This document shows, one piece after another, positions 28,209-42,377 of a stretch of 64,000 bases of DNA; within the stretch, counting starts at the first letter, position 1; each line of letters starts with the position of its first letter. Origin of the DNA: Perkinsus chesapeaki ATCC PRA-425 (taxonomy: Eukaryota > Protista > Perkinsozoa). The position numbers and the translations under genes are program-made. Below the pieces are notes generated by a model, which was not told the DNA's origin, made no database searches, and was given only the letters and a program-made list of their open reading frames with translations. Where the stretch lies: positions 2,486 to 66,485 of the forward strand of contig JAAPAO010000135.1 in assembly GCA_013115145.1 (NCBI GenBank), written 5' to 3'.

Positions 28209-28840
28209 TTTAGGATGATATCTCGAAACGACCAATATTTATCAATTACATTTATAAGACTGATGCCTCTCTCTTTTTGATGCTGTGATGTTGTACTTTG
28301 GTTGGTTGGTGTTATTATTAGTAGGCCAATTGCTGTATTTCCCAGATTATAATGAAAGCCTTTATAATGTTCCCTTAAGCTCTCTTAATACGTTTCGACT
28401 GCAGCTTTAAACTTGCGAACAAGATTAGAAAGGCTCCGTTATCATATTGAAGTTGATACTGTCTGGAGCTGAACTAAGAACATTCGAACACTGTGTGCTT
28501 TAGAGCTAGAATAATCTAGTAGAATTCTATAGCGGAACCTAGCTTCGTTTATTATATCAACTCCTCTTCTTTTGTATTTGTATGTTATTAAAGGCGGCTT
28601 TGACGTGTGATTTCCAGCTAGTATGAGCACCTCTGATCCCACTTGACTCTAGCGAATTGTAATAGAATTACCAAGTTTATTACTTACTAGTAGTAGACTA
28701 TATACCATCGATAGTCGGCCACTGTATCGATAATCCTCAATTATCACGACGTACACTAACGCTTGTGGGTGTACGATCAGATAGGACGTGAACTCAATCA
28801 ATCGCTGCTGTTATTCTGTAGAGTTATCGACATCAGTGTA

Positions 28841-31800
28841 ATGATCAGTCAGCAAGCATCTTTTGGTGAACTAGACAGTGGCGCGTCAATAGCTTCATCT
28901 CGATCATCTCATAGGAGGAGCAAAAAGAAAGGTGGTAAATGCCATCTCAAATATTAATTCCAATTCCCATTTCCTATGACGAGCCCATGGATAAGGCGGG
29001 TTCACACTAGTTCCTTACGCGGCAATCGCAAACTACGGTCCAGATATACGGGAAGTTGCTCGACCCTGAGGAAAATCTTTCATACTGTACCGAGACCGAT
29101 TCAGAAATTGAGAGTTAAGAGATCCCCTATATACAGCTAGGCAGTCTGAGCTAGCCACGTTCGGGTCAGGCTGCCGCTTGCACGGGATAGTCAGGGTATC
29201 TTCGACGGGATACCACTGGCTTGGATCAATGCTGCTCAGACGATAAGCGCCGTCCGTCGAAAGAAGAAGCGTCCTACCCCGAGGAGAGAGAAATGCACAA
29301 CGGAAATGTTCTGGTTGGAATCGTAGGTTTGTTAGTCCATAACAGAGCTCAGCGTTGCTGAATCCGCTGTGGTATATATCTACATTATTAGATCAAAAAG
29401 ACTCCTTTCGGAGGTGTCAACGTTGTTGGAGGTAATTGCACGTACACGTGGAAAGAGAATGATACGAGGTAAGTCTGAAGAATGAGTATGAAGAATGAGG
29501 CCTACTGCGTACAAACCCGAATCAGCAGAGAGGGTTTGAGCAGTTTCCTGTGATAGCTGGTGCTGGAATATCAGATCATGGCTGTGCTTCATCCCATTCG
29601 ATCCATTCGCTATCGAAGCGAGAATGGCCCGAAGGCGTAGCAAGTTGATTGAGCTACTCCCGGTCCTATAGGATCAATAAATGGGAGGCTTTGAGTCACC
29701 AGAAGCTTTACCTTCTTGATACAGCAAACTCTTTATTTGCAAATTCGCTAATATGTAATTCTCTTTCTTACGTGGGTTTTCTGGCAGATCCCTTTGAATA
29801 GCTACAAATTCACGAGGGTACCCCTCTCCAACCCGACAACACAACTGAATACTCCTGTTTTGAGGTACGAAGGCCCACTGAGCACATCGAAAGAAACTGA
29901 GGGGAAGCTAACGTGGTCGGATGGCTCACAGTAAGCTTTCGTTGCCAAAACGGACTTAGTAAGGACGGATGTGTCCACGATTAGACTTACGCCAGTGTGG
30001 TCGATAAAACCAATTCGTATACACAATTGTTCATATATACTATATAATATGTCCTCTATAGTAGTTAGGGGTAAGAGAGATGAGTATTCTCATTCAACTA
30101 CATTATTAGAATAGATGTATCCTGTCACCTGCCTGGCGAGTAGATAAAGAATAGGTAACGTTAGCCTGCTGCCGTATTTGCACTTTCTAGCAACAGCAAT
30201 GATATCTGAAACCCTGAGGGCTCAACCGAAGACGCCTCTCCAGAGCCATCCCGATGTTGATGTTCCTCTCCGAATACAGGAATTGTATCTCTCAGTTATA
30301 CCGGTGGACTGTACAACGGTTATAGACACGGTGAAGGAAGTTTTGAATCAAAAGATGGTAAGATTTGTAGTTTATAGGAGCTCGCACTCTTTGGCTCAGG
30401 TGACCTTACATACGTCGGTGGGTGGTGGATGGGTAGACGACATGGTAAAGGGACTTTGACAAAGTGGAAAGAGCGCAATGGAGAACGTCAAGTGGGTGCT
30501 TTCCAGCTACGCAGTTCGACGGCATTTTCTGAGGGTCCCATCTCGGGATTTTAACTAATAAGAACCAGAAATTGTTTAATCCCAGCTAATCATTGGTCCA
30601 CCGTGGAGGATCACTGATCCTGAATCAGCTTCCTGCACAATTGGGCGAGGATAGAGAAAAACGATTCAGAGAATGTTGTTGTCGATCTCGTAATTGATGA
30701 GCTATCATGTCCTTCAGATAGTATACCGATATACTGGTGAGTGGCGTGAAGGCTACAAACATGGGCACGGCAAAATGGAGACGGATAAAGTGGTATATGA
30801 AGGCGAGTGGAACAACGGAGTTATCGAAGGAGAAGGAGTCATGAAATGGTGCGAACTGCGCGCTGTAGACTTGGAGCTTGCAATCAGGATTACGGAGACA
30901 GGTTTCACGGAAGTGTACACTGGCCAATTCAAGGGGGGGCTGCAGCATGGCCGGGGCGTTCATGTGAGTGTTCGAATCATCTTATTTGCGGGAGAGTATG
31001 GATGAGTATGCTCAACCATCGCTTGAATTCCTATACCAACTACTATCTCTACTTGCCTTGTCAAAATGTATCTATATTGCAGGTGTGGCCTATTGTTGAT
31101 AATGAGCCTGGCTCAGTTGGGCCCCAAATGATGAATCGTTATGAAGGAGAGTGGAGCTCTGGAATGCGCGACGGAAAAGGTAGGATTGTGGTATTAGGTT
31201 GTTTGATGAGTAAGTCTGAGTCTACAGGTACGTTCTATTATGGTGATGGCTCTATTTATAGAGGAGAGTGGAAGGATAATAAAAAAGACGGCAAAGGAGT
31301 ATTTGTTGACCCTCACGGACATATGCATCGGTGTAAGGCTTACTTAACTCGGCGTCTTCAACTCGAGTTAAAGGTTAGTAGCTCAACAGTTTATGGACAA
31401 TGCTTTGCAATCCTACCGGCTGTCGTACCGTGCCCACAGATAAGTAAATTCAAAATCTTCAAAAATTAGTCATGTGTAACCTATGCCGGTCTCCACTTTG
31501 ACCTGTACTCTACTTTTTTCAGATTACACCATTTAATATAGTTTACTATAGGTACGTTCGAGAGCGACCGGTGCACTGAGCGAAGCGCTATTTCACGGCT
31601 ATCAGCCCAGGAGGACCTAGACGCACCGGAGAGCTTTGTGAATCCTCTTCGATCGCAGCTTGAAATCACTGACGTCATCGATGCCCTGACCGTTGAGGTA
31701 ATAATTGCAATGACACTGCAGCAGCGAGATTATTGTTATTCAGCAGAATGGTGAAGGTATGGATGCAGATGACATCGAGCGAGAAATACTTGATGTGATC

Positions 31801-34800
31801 TTGCGTAACGAGGGGAAGCTGAGAGATCTTTACCAAAGGTGAGTGAAGCTGTGATTTGCACGTCAACCACACAAATTGCCGGAGTCCGTAAAATTCCCGA
31901 ACTGGAAGATCATCTCCCAGAGATGTCGGTCAATGTGAGCTCTGAGCTCGCATGGGGCCCTCCCAAGTCGACGCGACTTTCGGGAAGAAGGAATAAGTTC
32001 ATTCTCTTGTGGCAGGCAGTCTGATGTCTTATAATGAGACGTAGGCTGGATCCAGATTGTAGCCTACAAAACCAGTACTAAGTTGAAAAGTGTCCTACCC
32101 TCTGTAGGAGGCTCTGCAACTGCACCTAGTGTATTCTCGGTTTCATCAGTTCGGGGTTTCGACCAGTAGAACTTTATGTTGAGGTCATCTTCAGGTGTAC
32201 CAAAATGAGCAATGATCTGTCAGAAGACAGTCATATCCTCACTGCTATGGGTCTATGGAACTTATGCCAGGACGCCGGATACCTCACCGATGAAAACGGC
32301 GGCATTGCGTCGTTAAATCGTACGATTTGCAAGCAGTCCAAGCTAGGTGAGACTGATAGTAGGGACAGTAAGGAAGACTTGGTGTACTTAGACGCCAAAG
32401 TCGAGCTTACCGGATCTATCAAGACTGCCGTTGTTGGGGGCGATACTGACCTTGCTGGAGAGGAAGGGTGAGACTACCGGCGTCTTAGAGATAGCCTTTT
32501 GCCGGTGCTTAAGTCGTAAAGGCTTAATTGAAGGCACCGGAGTTGAAGACAGCCTTCTACGCCGTGAATAGGCTGCGCTGGGGAATCGTAGGATTTCTCT
32601 GATGCTAGTGTTTGGATAGCCTTGCAGGGAGACGCTTGGCCAGGAGGATCGAGCGACTTTTCAAATTGGAATTAAATGAGCACTTACGATTAGCAGCCGC
32701 TTATCTCCTAATTCGGCGGTAGATAGACTCGCTCGCCCGACACTCATACCGCACACAAAAGGATTCATATCATCAAGCCACGAGCCACCGCAGGTTTACT
32801 TCGCCAATGGCGTCGTAGGACTGTATCTCGCCCACATCTCTTATACAGAAGCCATCGTAACGCAATAGTCTAGTATCATAACTATTGCAAGTGTTATGGT
32901 TGTCGAAAGGTAGATTCTCGTCGTCTTGCCAGGAATAATACAGAAATCACTGGAGGCTTCGTACTTGGACACGGCAAACTCCATGGAGACGATAGCCACG
33001 GTACGAATAACCTCTGACTTTCTCTGCTCGAGAGTTAAAGCGCTCAATTTGAGACTCCCTTCAGATCACAGACTTCACCGATTCGATTCGTTACCGTGCG
33101 ATAAGCCGACGGCAGACCTCTTATCAGGGTTTGACACTCTCATGGCAGTGAATGATACCCCAATGTGGGATAATACCTACTTGTGAATTGTCTAGCACTT
33201 TGCTTTCGGCACAGCTGTAAAGTTATCGACATCCACAGCCCCGCACGGCTCATACCTCTGAGGAGCTTCTTCGAGGCCGTGGTTAAGTCACCGTCATCGC
33301 AACCACTGTACGTCAGCCTTGAGGCTTCAGGCTCGCATCTGCGCGGGTTACGGGATCCAAGAGTTCGAGAACAGAATACGGATCTTATGTGAAAGCAAGC
33401 ATGAAAATGATCCATGGGAATGCTTCAACAGAGCGAAGAGCGTGCGAAACGTCGAATCTGCCAGGCATGAGTTATGCTCCAGATCCTGCCTCCATTAGAA
33501 GTAGGGCTGTCGAGAGGGTTTATGGCTTTGGTGAAGAAGAACGGAGTGATCCACAGCGAGCAGTTGCACAATAGGAGAGACAACATTTGTAGGTCTCCTG
33601 TTTCAGTGGAATGTTCATGAGAAGGGATTCACCGATAAGCTGGTCAATTCTCAATTCGATGGCCGCCTCTTCATTCTCTTCCATCACGCAGATGAGACTC
33701 ACTGCAATTTGATGGGCATCATCTATATTAGAGACCCTCACTATATAGTACAGCAGACTGCTGCCAGCAGTATCGAGTAGATCTGTGCCGTAATAAATAT
33801 GACGGCTTTGCGCAACCGTTGTGATACAGTATAGATCCTGCCTGAGGCTGAGTTATGGATCACAATGGCCGATTCAATTTGAAACGGAGGCACCCGCTGC
33901 CACGTGAATCATCCGGGCACCATTTATGTGACTTATAAATCGTATATAGATTATGGGACATAATCCATGCCTCTACAATGTGTACATCCTAATATACTCA
34001 CCAGCTCATGACTATGTCTTATTGGACTAATGTGAGTACCACTCGTCTGGTGCCTATAGGCTCCCTGTCGGCTCTGCTACTTGAGATGGCCAAACTCAAC
34101 CTTATCGGTGCGGAGGGTGCATCAGCACTCGAGCAAGGACTTGAGGAACGAAGTGAAGAATGTGAAGACCAGGATGATTCAGAGTCAGTAGCGCCCGAGA
34201 ATTCCGACCCAACACCCGTTTCTAGAGAAATGAAGTAAAAATATAAAATTAGTGATGTTCACACTTTGCCGAGAAGATACTTTGACATAGAGAATGTCGA
34301 AGGCATGGACTGGAAGCTAACATGCTCTCCATGGGGGATAAGGTCCATCGCTGCCGAAGTGTTATCTCGAAAGGTACCCGACGAAGATCTCGGCGATAAC
34401 GGCATGACTGAGGTAAGTGAAATTGGTAATTCTTACTGAAATCGTTAACACCAGTCAACTTTAATTGTTTGATGTGAATTCCTCGGTACAATACCAGTTA
34501 TTTGACTGCATCTTGCTCGCTGGTTGAGCGATCGTTTTGATACTCCCTTGCCTGTAGAACGCCTTCCCTGACCCTCCTTGCGAGATTGAGCTAACCTTTG
34601 CCGAGTTCCAAAGACTGATAATCAGAATTGTAGAGGAACTCATCAAACAGAACCAAAGTGGCAGATCACTTGAAGCTCAACCGACAATGTGAGCAGAATA
34701 TGGCCCATGTAACCAGAGTTCTTGTCAGATCATCTTGTTTGCCCATATATGTAAATGATGTTCTCTTGCCGGCCTTAATAGAAACAAAACCGTGAGGCAC

Positions 34801-35101
34801 ACTACTTACCAGGCATTAGACAGTGGTGATTGTTCTGCAGGTATGTCAGGCTTTCACACATCTCCACTGAGTCGGCCGCTGAAGGAAGTAGGAATGATAA
34901 AGCAGCTGCAACACATCAGACAGAGGCCATCAGAAGCACTGAAACTAAGATGACCAAAGTGAGATATCTTTTTTGTGCCTAGCCTCACTTTCCATGTCGC
35001 AGATGAGACCCGGCATCTGGCATGGACATGACAAAGGACAGTCGGTGAATCTTAAGTTGATTTACTCCCCTCAAGAGGAATCTCCCCAGATCTGCGCATA
35101 A
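28841..35101 (+). CDS. MORN-repeat protein, RSPH10B-like (flagellar radial spoke), multi-exon
   Basis: MORN repeats YVGGWWMGRRHGKG, YTGEWREGYKHGHG, YEGEWNNGVIEGEG, YTGQFKGGLQHGRG, YEGEWSSGMRDGKG, YRGEWKDNKKDGKG. Then LTAMGLWNLCQD and ELTFAEFQRL, which resemble RSPH10B C-terminal blocks. Termini provisional. Confidence 0.78.
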
Positions 35102-35647
35102 GAGAGCTCACTTTTTCAAAATGCAATAAGACACAGTTGTTAAAGGAGTCAAACATGCATCCGCATCAAAATTAATTCAACTAAGTAGGGAGCCTTACAA
35201 CTTGTAAGTTACAAGTGGGGCTCTTCGGTAACTTGGTGATTAGAAAGCTCGGTGACTCGAAACCCTGATTCTACTTAGCGGTCGTAACGCGTTTCGCGGC
35301 GAAATCAGTCAGTTGCCGGGTGAGGTTATTCTAGCCCTCAGACAGCGAAATTCTGTCACTTTGTCGACCATTCAATATTATGCAACAAAAGATAGAACAT
35401 ATAGTTGAAACTAGATTATATCTTCCCTCGAATAGGATCATATTAACGATTGATCATTCACAAGGGACAGTAGTAAGATTACTATGGAAAATAGTATACG
35501 CTAACATCTGAAACTGATACTAAATGGGAGCAGATCCCATCTGTCAATGCCTTCAGAATCAATGGTGCCAGTAATCACACCATCAGGGGTATCCTCGACC
35601 GTTCAGGAGGGATAGTACAGGCTTCGCTGACGGCTAATCACAATAGA

Positions 35648-35989
35648 CTAAAACGATTTATCGGTGGTATTGTTATGACAACAGCCGCTACATATCGTGA
35701 AGTTCTGGGCGCCGCACTTTAGACCAATGCCGAAGCAGGGAGCTACTAAACCAGGGATCATGAAGCCACCATAAGCACATGCACGGCAAAACCCACAATC
35801 ACTCTTGTGACCGAGCAAGCGAGTTGGATCAGGGCCACCACGGGAGAACTTTGGAGCCTCGAAGGGCGTAGTAGATAGCTCGAGGGCTTGCTTCGACTCG
35901 ACGAAGGCCTCGCTGACGCTGCCACGGAGAGTCTTTGTGGTGTAGGCTAATGCAAGAACTACTTGTAGATAGACAAGGGGCGTAACCAT
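35648..35989 (-). CDS. Small secreted cysteine-rich (8 Cys) prepro-peptide
   Basis: Signal MVTPLVYLQVVLALA, a Cys-free spacer, then C-x2-C-x2-C-x13-C-x6-C-x7-C-x2-CC. Confidence 0.75.
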   Translation of the reverse strand: MVTPLVYLQVVLALAYTTKTLRGSVSEAFVESKQALELSTTPFEAPKFSRGGPDPTRLLGHKSDCGFCRACAYGGFMIPGLVAPCFGIGLKCGAQNFTICSGCCHNNTTDKSF

Positions 35990-36204
35990 GACAATAGTTA
36001 AATAAGACCAAACGGTAAAACCCTAAGAACTTCTTAATATACCAAGGCGTAGCCGGTAAGAAGCCGCCGCGTAGACTGGCGAGCTTGTAATTGGTTGCCG
36101 GCCGAGCTAGTAGAGCTAACGGCGCATTGAGTCTTATTCTAAGTAAGTGACTAATTTTCTCTTTCTTAAGTACCGAGCGTGTAGGAAGCTTTCGATAGCC
36201 GAAG

Positions 36205-39200
36205 ATGAAGAAGGATTATAAACATCGAGGTTCGAGACTACAGGTCCTTTTCCCGTTTACTCTCAACGGAAATCTCAGCTCGGGATAACCAGTGAGCGAT
36301 CTACAGCTACTCTGCACCAGAGCTAAAACGCACATCTAAGGAGGGTCTAACATCACATTGGGTAACACTGAAGTACTACAAGCTACAATGACCAAAAGCC
36401 GTAGTCACTATCAATGTACTTGACAAGCTCAGTAGACGGATGGAGCTGCTGTCGGTGAAGTCCACTCGTGGAAAACCGGTCCCTAGCTAATGCGCTGTTC
36501 TCCGCGTCACCGCCGTTGATCGCCATTGGCTTCCGAAATTCTCGGTCAGCGAGCACCCGAGCAACTGAGACTTGGATGGCAATGACCCGCAATCCGGAAT
36601 TTATGACGAGCTAATCACTAGCTGCGTAACTAACCGCTGGTAAGGGTATCGCAGTGACCATATTTTCATGTCGGCCAAAGTGTTAGGCGCCTTTGGAGGC
36701 GACTATGTTTTGCACGTGAACGTGCTGGGGCGCGCGCAGTTTGGCCAACTCTCTATCACCACGGGGGCTGAAGTATTGCGTTTCGCAAGGAACTATTCGA
36801 GTGAAGTGCCCTTTGCATACATTTTTCCCAGAAGAGGGTCTTATAGATTTGCAGTGTCTGGGACAGCAGCCGGCTGTTGCGCCCCGCTACAAATTCACTA
36901 CAAGTCCGAATGTGCAATGATTGCATTGCAATTCCTGTAACACTCCGACTCCCAGCAACGTGAGTGCCTGACCCAGCTATTAGCTTCTCTTCTTGGAGTA
37001 AGCTACTTCTACTATAGGAACTATATACTCCCCGTAGCAGACACTTCAGGGCATGACGTTGCTCTCCCTAACCGTGACTGTCCTCATTAAAAAGAGTGTC
37101 ACCCAAAGGATATTTATAATCTCTTGCCTAACCCGTTCTGGCTATTCATACTCAGCGGCGCACAATTATTAGAATGAATGCACTAAGTTAGTAGTAAAAG
37201 GCTTACACTGTGAGGCAGTGCAAAAAGCAACTGAGAGAGGTTTAGAATTCGTTCAAACATCATCAACTCGACATCATGGAGGTTATAAGTGTTTTTCCAA
37301 GTTACATCAAACTGAGCAAAAACGGTCGCGAGACATTAGTGGTACAATCGCATTCCAGACAGTATTCCCCCCTCCCTTGCTCAAGCAGCGCCTCTTTCAC
37401 AAGTAAATGACGAGTTCTGATTCTCAATCGGACTCAATCAAAGCCGGTGTCATCGAGCAAGCTGAGAGTCTATATCACTTTAACGACTATGGAATAGTCT
37501 CAGCAGCATATCTCACTAAACCATCTCTTGAAGGTATGCCAGTCACCAGCCCAGAACGGCCTTGTGAGGTAAGAAAAGGGGGCATAAATAGCCCACGGAT
37601 CAAACGCTTAGAAATCATCGCAGCCATACAACGTGTCACTCACATAGACATCAAACATGGGTTTGGTTCATGAAACTGTCCGCCGTCGCCAGACAGTCTC
37701 GTTCGAATTTGAAGTAAGAATTCCGCTACCTACGAAAGCTATTACGGTCCTGTGTATTCCCGCTGTGATCACTACAACTTTCGGGAGAAAGTTGTTTCGG
37801 ACTGAGGAGTTTTCTCAGATTCTGTCGGTAGATGACGATCCTATCAATCAAATGGTCATATCATCTGTCCTTGAATCCTCTGGGTTTACAGTCCACCAAG
37901 CCATGGACGGTTTTGAAGCTTTAGACTACATGTCCACAACAACCAAACTGCCCGATCTGATACTACTCGACGTGATGATGCCCGGTAGCATCAGCAACGG
38001 TTTAGTCGAATCGTTCCGAACTCTTTAGCTCAGGCATGAGCGGTTACGAGGTCTGCGCAAAGCTGCGAGCCCAGTACTCTCCTGATTTACCAATCATCAT
38101 GATATCTGCCAAGAACTCAAGCGATGATGTTATCAAGGGCCTTAGGTAACAATAGTCATCTTATTCGATACATCAGCATGAAGGTACAAGTGTAACGATT
38201 ATGTCACAAAGCCTTTTGAGAAAACTGAGCTATTAGCGAGAATTAGCTCACAAGTTAAGCTCCGTCAGATGGTTGGCATCCAGGTAACTTCCTTTATCAC
38301 CTCTGACAGAAACTGCTAACTGTGACGACAACTGTGCTGAGAGGGGTCTCCGTTGATCCTTCTTTCCGGAGGACAATGGGTTGCCAGCAGCTTCGAGCTT
38401 GGAGAAAATCGAATCCATCTTTCCACAGGCCCAACACTGTTTGGGCGATCAATTCCGCGACACAAATGTTTTGTGGTAAGTGAGTGAAACTACAGAATAT
38501 GTTTCACACCGGTAGCACTTTCGAAACTGAAAAGAGATCCCTGGGGAAGCGTTGTTGATGACATGTCCAGGCAAGGCACCGGATGGCACTACGAATCGTT
38601 AATACGATCCTCCCGGATGACGTTGCCGAACAAACTACTGGGGGAATACTGGACTATTTTGCCGTACACGGGAATGTCGCTTTAGTGAACTGGTAGGAAT
38701 GCGAAGTTGTATAGCACATGGCTCCACTTTGCATCAGCCACGTTGATGGTCTGAGCCTGAAGAGCCCAGGAAATGCTGTACTACTCCTAAACCGCTACTT
38801 CAAGGACCTAGACGAAAAAGTGTCCACTGATCAAAGGGTACAGAAGATCGAAACATCAACCGACGCTTATACGGTCGCGACCGGGATGTCTCCAGAAGAA
38901 TGCGATGAACACATGGCTCGTGGGTTCTCATTATCGTTCTTTGGTCACTTGATCTGTGATAGATGCGTTAGAGATCGGATTGTTGATGATTGAGCTAGCT
39001 GAGGCTAACGAATTACAAGTCACGGTTCGTATCGACCATATGCGGAATGTAGGCGCTGGTTTAATCAGAACAAGCTGCCCGAGGTAAGCCATACAATAGC
39101 AAGTCAACACAAAAGGGTCTTATGATGAGAGATCATCGATACTTTCGGAACGCTATATGACGAGCACCATGCGACATTTTGGTAGGTCCACTTATCACTT

Positions 39201-41964
39201 GTGATTTTTATAACTAATTTATTCAAGCTAATTGGAAGCTATCATGATCAGGGTTGATTGAATTTTACGGTTTGCATTATATTCCTCAGCGGTTCGTGGA
39301 TGGTGAACAGGTACATGCTTTTCGACAACGGTACAAGATCCTCTCTATGCCCGACCAGCATTAGCGGCACTCAAAGCATACAAATGAGTAATCTCATAAC
39401 TGCTTCATATATCATTGAGATATCCTCACGGATTGTCATACAACTGTTGGTTCTTCAGGCCAAGGTGCATACGAAATCTTCCGAGGCCAGATTGAAAATA
39501 TAAGCCAAGAGAAAAGTGAGCTACTCCAGCGGATCAATTTCGTTGAAGTGAAAGTTCCCGGTCCGTCTGAAAAAAGTCGGCGCCCCAGAATAATGTAGGT
39601 TAATCGTTACCTTAAGAGTCTGGTTGGTCTCCTTGAATGGGCGCTGTGCTTATACAGGTACACTGCCGCTTTAGGCGAGAAAGAACAGGAATCCGATGAG
39701 ACGATAGACAACTGTGAGTTGGTGTATAAGTCAATTTTAAGTTTGCGTTCTTGAGCTTCCGCATCGATACTATATAATGGAACATGATAGCCTTGATGTC
39801 TAATACACCATATTAGAGTCTAACTATTTGATAAATGTAATTGAGACCACAGTACCATATGCCTTCTCAAATCCCTTCTCACCCTTCCAACATGCCTGAC
39901 TTTACATTGGATCTTTTGAGTGGATGGGGTGTGCGACAGTAGGAGTTACAAGGGTCAGTCAACTTTGCAATCTAAAAACCCCGCGGTATAATTGAGATGG
40001 TTTTTTTACAAAAGCCAAAGAATGCCATAACAAAATTGAGCGTCGATTCTCCTACTCGATAAATATACAGTATGCAGTAAACAGAAACTGTATTACAGAA
40101 GCAGTAGGCAACGAAGATAGATAGCAGATAGACTGCGGACTTAATCACTTATCTGAACTGTCACAGTAAAGAGGCATTTAGGTGATGGCCTACAGTGCAA
40201 GCTTGTACAACAAGATCAGCACGGTGAAAAGGCTCCCGAAGGATATCTCAGCGGGTTGAAGATTCTTGCCGGTGACACTCAGAAATTGCAGGAGAGAAGG
40301 AATGAAATAGTCGATTTAAGTGGGGAAGTGGGGCGGGTAAGTATAGCTTTGCACATATGGATTCAGCGAGGAGTTCTAACTGGAAGACAACAGCAAAGGG
40401 TTACTGTTTTATCAAATTGTATTTTACACTATCAAACTGATACGATTATCTTGTGATGGATGGTCTCCAATTCAGTTACAGTATAACATCAATAATTTGA
40501 CTAAGTGCCTCTCTCTTGCACAAAGGATAAGTACAAAGAACATTGAAGGTGAGTGGAGAGAGACGGCAGCCTTCTCAGGCTTTAGTTTGCCACCTGTACG
40601 GTCTGATTAGCGGGAGCGGTATTTTGCAAGATACCACGGATGACGAGAATCTTCTTGATGCGGAGAGACGAGCAGCATTGCACTCCAGACTTGGGTAAAT
40701 TATTTCCTGCTAACCACTGGTTAATGATATAAATATATTTCATTCCTAAGAGTCGCTCCCTCCGGGGACTGCCCTATAAAAAAAGCAGGCCATTTCTGAG
40801 TTGTTCAAAGTAGGCATGGTGCACACACTACTCAGTTTGAAGATAAGCGGAACGTCCGAGAAGCGTGGGATGAACTCAGTGTTAAGATGAGAGAGAACGG
40901 AGTATGTTCACATGTACCGTGTCACGCTTCTTTGGAAGCTGTCTGAGACAGCCTGTCTCTCTGGATAGCTGAGCCAATCGAACTGGGTCTACGTTTCGTT
41001 GGCCTGTGGTTGAATGCTCCAAGATTTGGTACATCAGATCTCCGATTCGGTTGATGATGTCCTATGTTTCCTGGAGCTTCTTCAACGAAAGTGCCACTCC
41101 ACTCATAAGGAGGACCGTACTCGGACAAAGAAGAGACCAGTTGGCCGGTCGAGTGGTGAGAAGCCTAAGATTGCTAAGATTAGTTCATAGAACGCTGCCA
41201 TCCAGCAGGGCTGGATAGATTCTAAATCACAAATATATGCTAGCCCGCTTCGATTGAGATTACGTAACCGGATAGCAATTGTATATTGTGCAAAACGTAC
41301 AAGGTAGTTCTCCAACTATGTCACTTAATACATAGGCCCGTGTACTTCGGCTACAATACTAACCAGTTTTCATATGGCCGAATGCGATCGCTTATTTTCG
41401 GACTTGTTCTCAACGCCATATCTACTTCCCTCGTTAGGGGTTATAGTGTATACTGTTTTTTGGAATACAGGTGCAAGGAGAAAGGTCGATAGCGGCAAGG
41501 TTCGGCATCGACAACGCGAGTTACGAGTAAGCCTCCCGAATGCTTTCGAAAACAACTGTCGTATTGTTTAGTATGAAATTCAAGAGCTCCAGAGGAAGAT
41601 TAGGTCTCTTGGAGATTCGAAGCATGCTACCGATGCGCCGAAGATATCCTCATCTTGTCGAGAGAGGATCCCGAAGCCTGTCGGAGTCGAAGACTTGAGT
41701 AGCAAGGCTGTACTGAGATCCACGGAGGATCTTCGGCATCAGAACGATAATATTAGTGAGCGGTAGGGCCTCGCTTAACGGTTCAGGAAATCTGCATCAG
41801 TTTTGAGCATACTGTTATATAGGATAGCGGATATATCAAAGGAGACGTCAGCAATCAGAAGGCGCGTCTTCGCGGAGCACCCAGAAGTATTGGAGCTGGA
41901 GGAGCTAGAAAAGAGATTGGATGACCTGCTAAGGGAACGAGAAGCCATGGAGAATTCGATATAG
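36205..41964 (+). CDS. H-NOX-like + response-regulator receiver + degenerate class III cyclase + coiled-coil protein
   Basis: Receiver ILSVDDDPINQ..DLILLDVMMPG..IIMISAK..YVTKPF. Cyclase LLNRYFKDLD..KIETSTDAYTVATG..VRIG. Upstream KVLGAFG..LQIHYKSE..QRECLTQLL resembles H-NOX. 5' exons unresolved. Confidence 0.7.
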
Positions 41965-42218
41965 TTGAGAAGAGTCAAACCTATGCTGAGTTATTGTTGA
42001 GTTGACCAGTACTGGAAGTTCAATTGAGAAGTCCAAACGAAAACATGAGACCAGTACGATATCATAAATACTGACCAAGTACGTAGCTATAAATTATACT
42101 CCAAAAAATGATGTGGAAAAATTCAAAACGGAAAATAGCCTTCAAGCCATGTATCATCTCTTGCAACTGCCCGACCCCCTCGATCGATTCAGGGATCCTC
42201 ATTCAAGGAAGGGAATAT

Positions 42219-42377
42219 CATGGAGCATTATAATAGCATCTATTGTGCATGCGTGCACAACAACTACCTCCCATGGAGCATTATAATAGCATCTATTGTG
42301 CATGCGTGCACAACAACTACCTCCCATGGAGCATTATAATAGCATCTATTGTGCATGCGTGCACAACAACTACCTCC
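42219..42377. repeat. Three perfect tandem copies of a 53-bp unit
   Basis: CATGGAGCATTATAATAGCATCTATTGTGCATGCGTGCACAACAACTACCTCC starting at 42219, 42272 and 42325. Confidence 0.97.

Noticed and set aside
42219-42377. CRISPR-like array
   Set aside because: The units are contiguous with no spacers, the context is eukaryotic and there are no cas genes.
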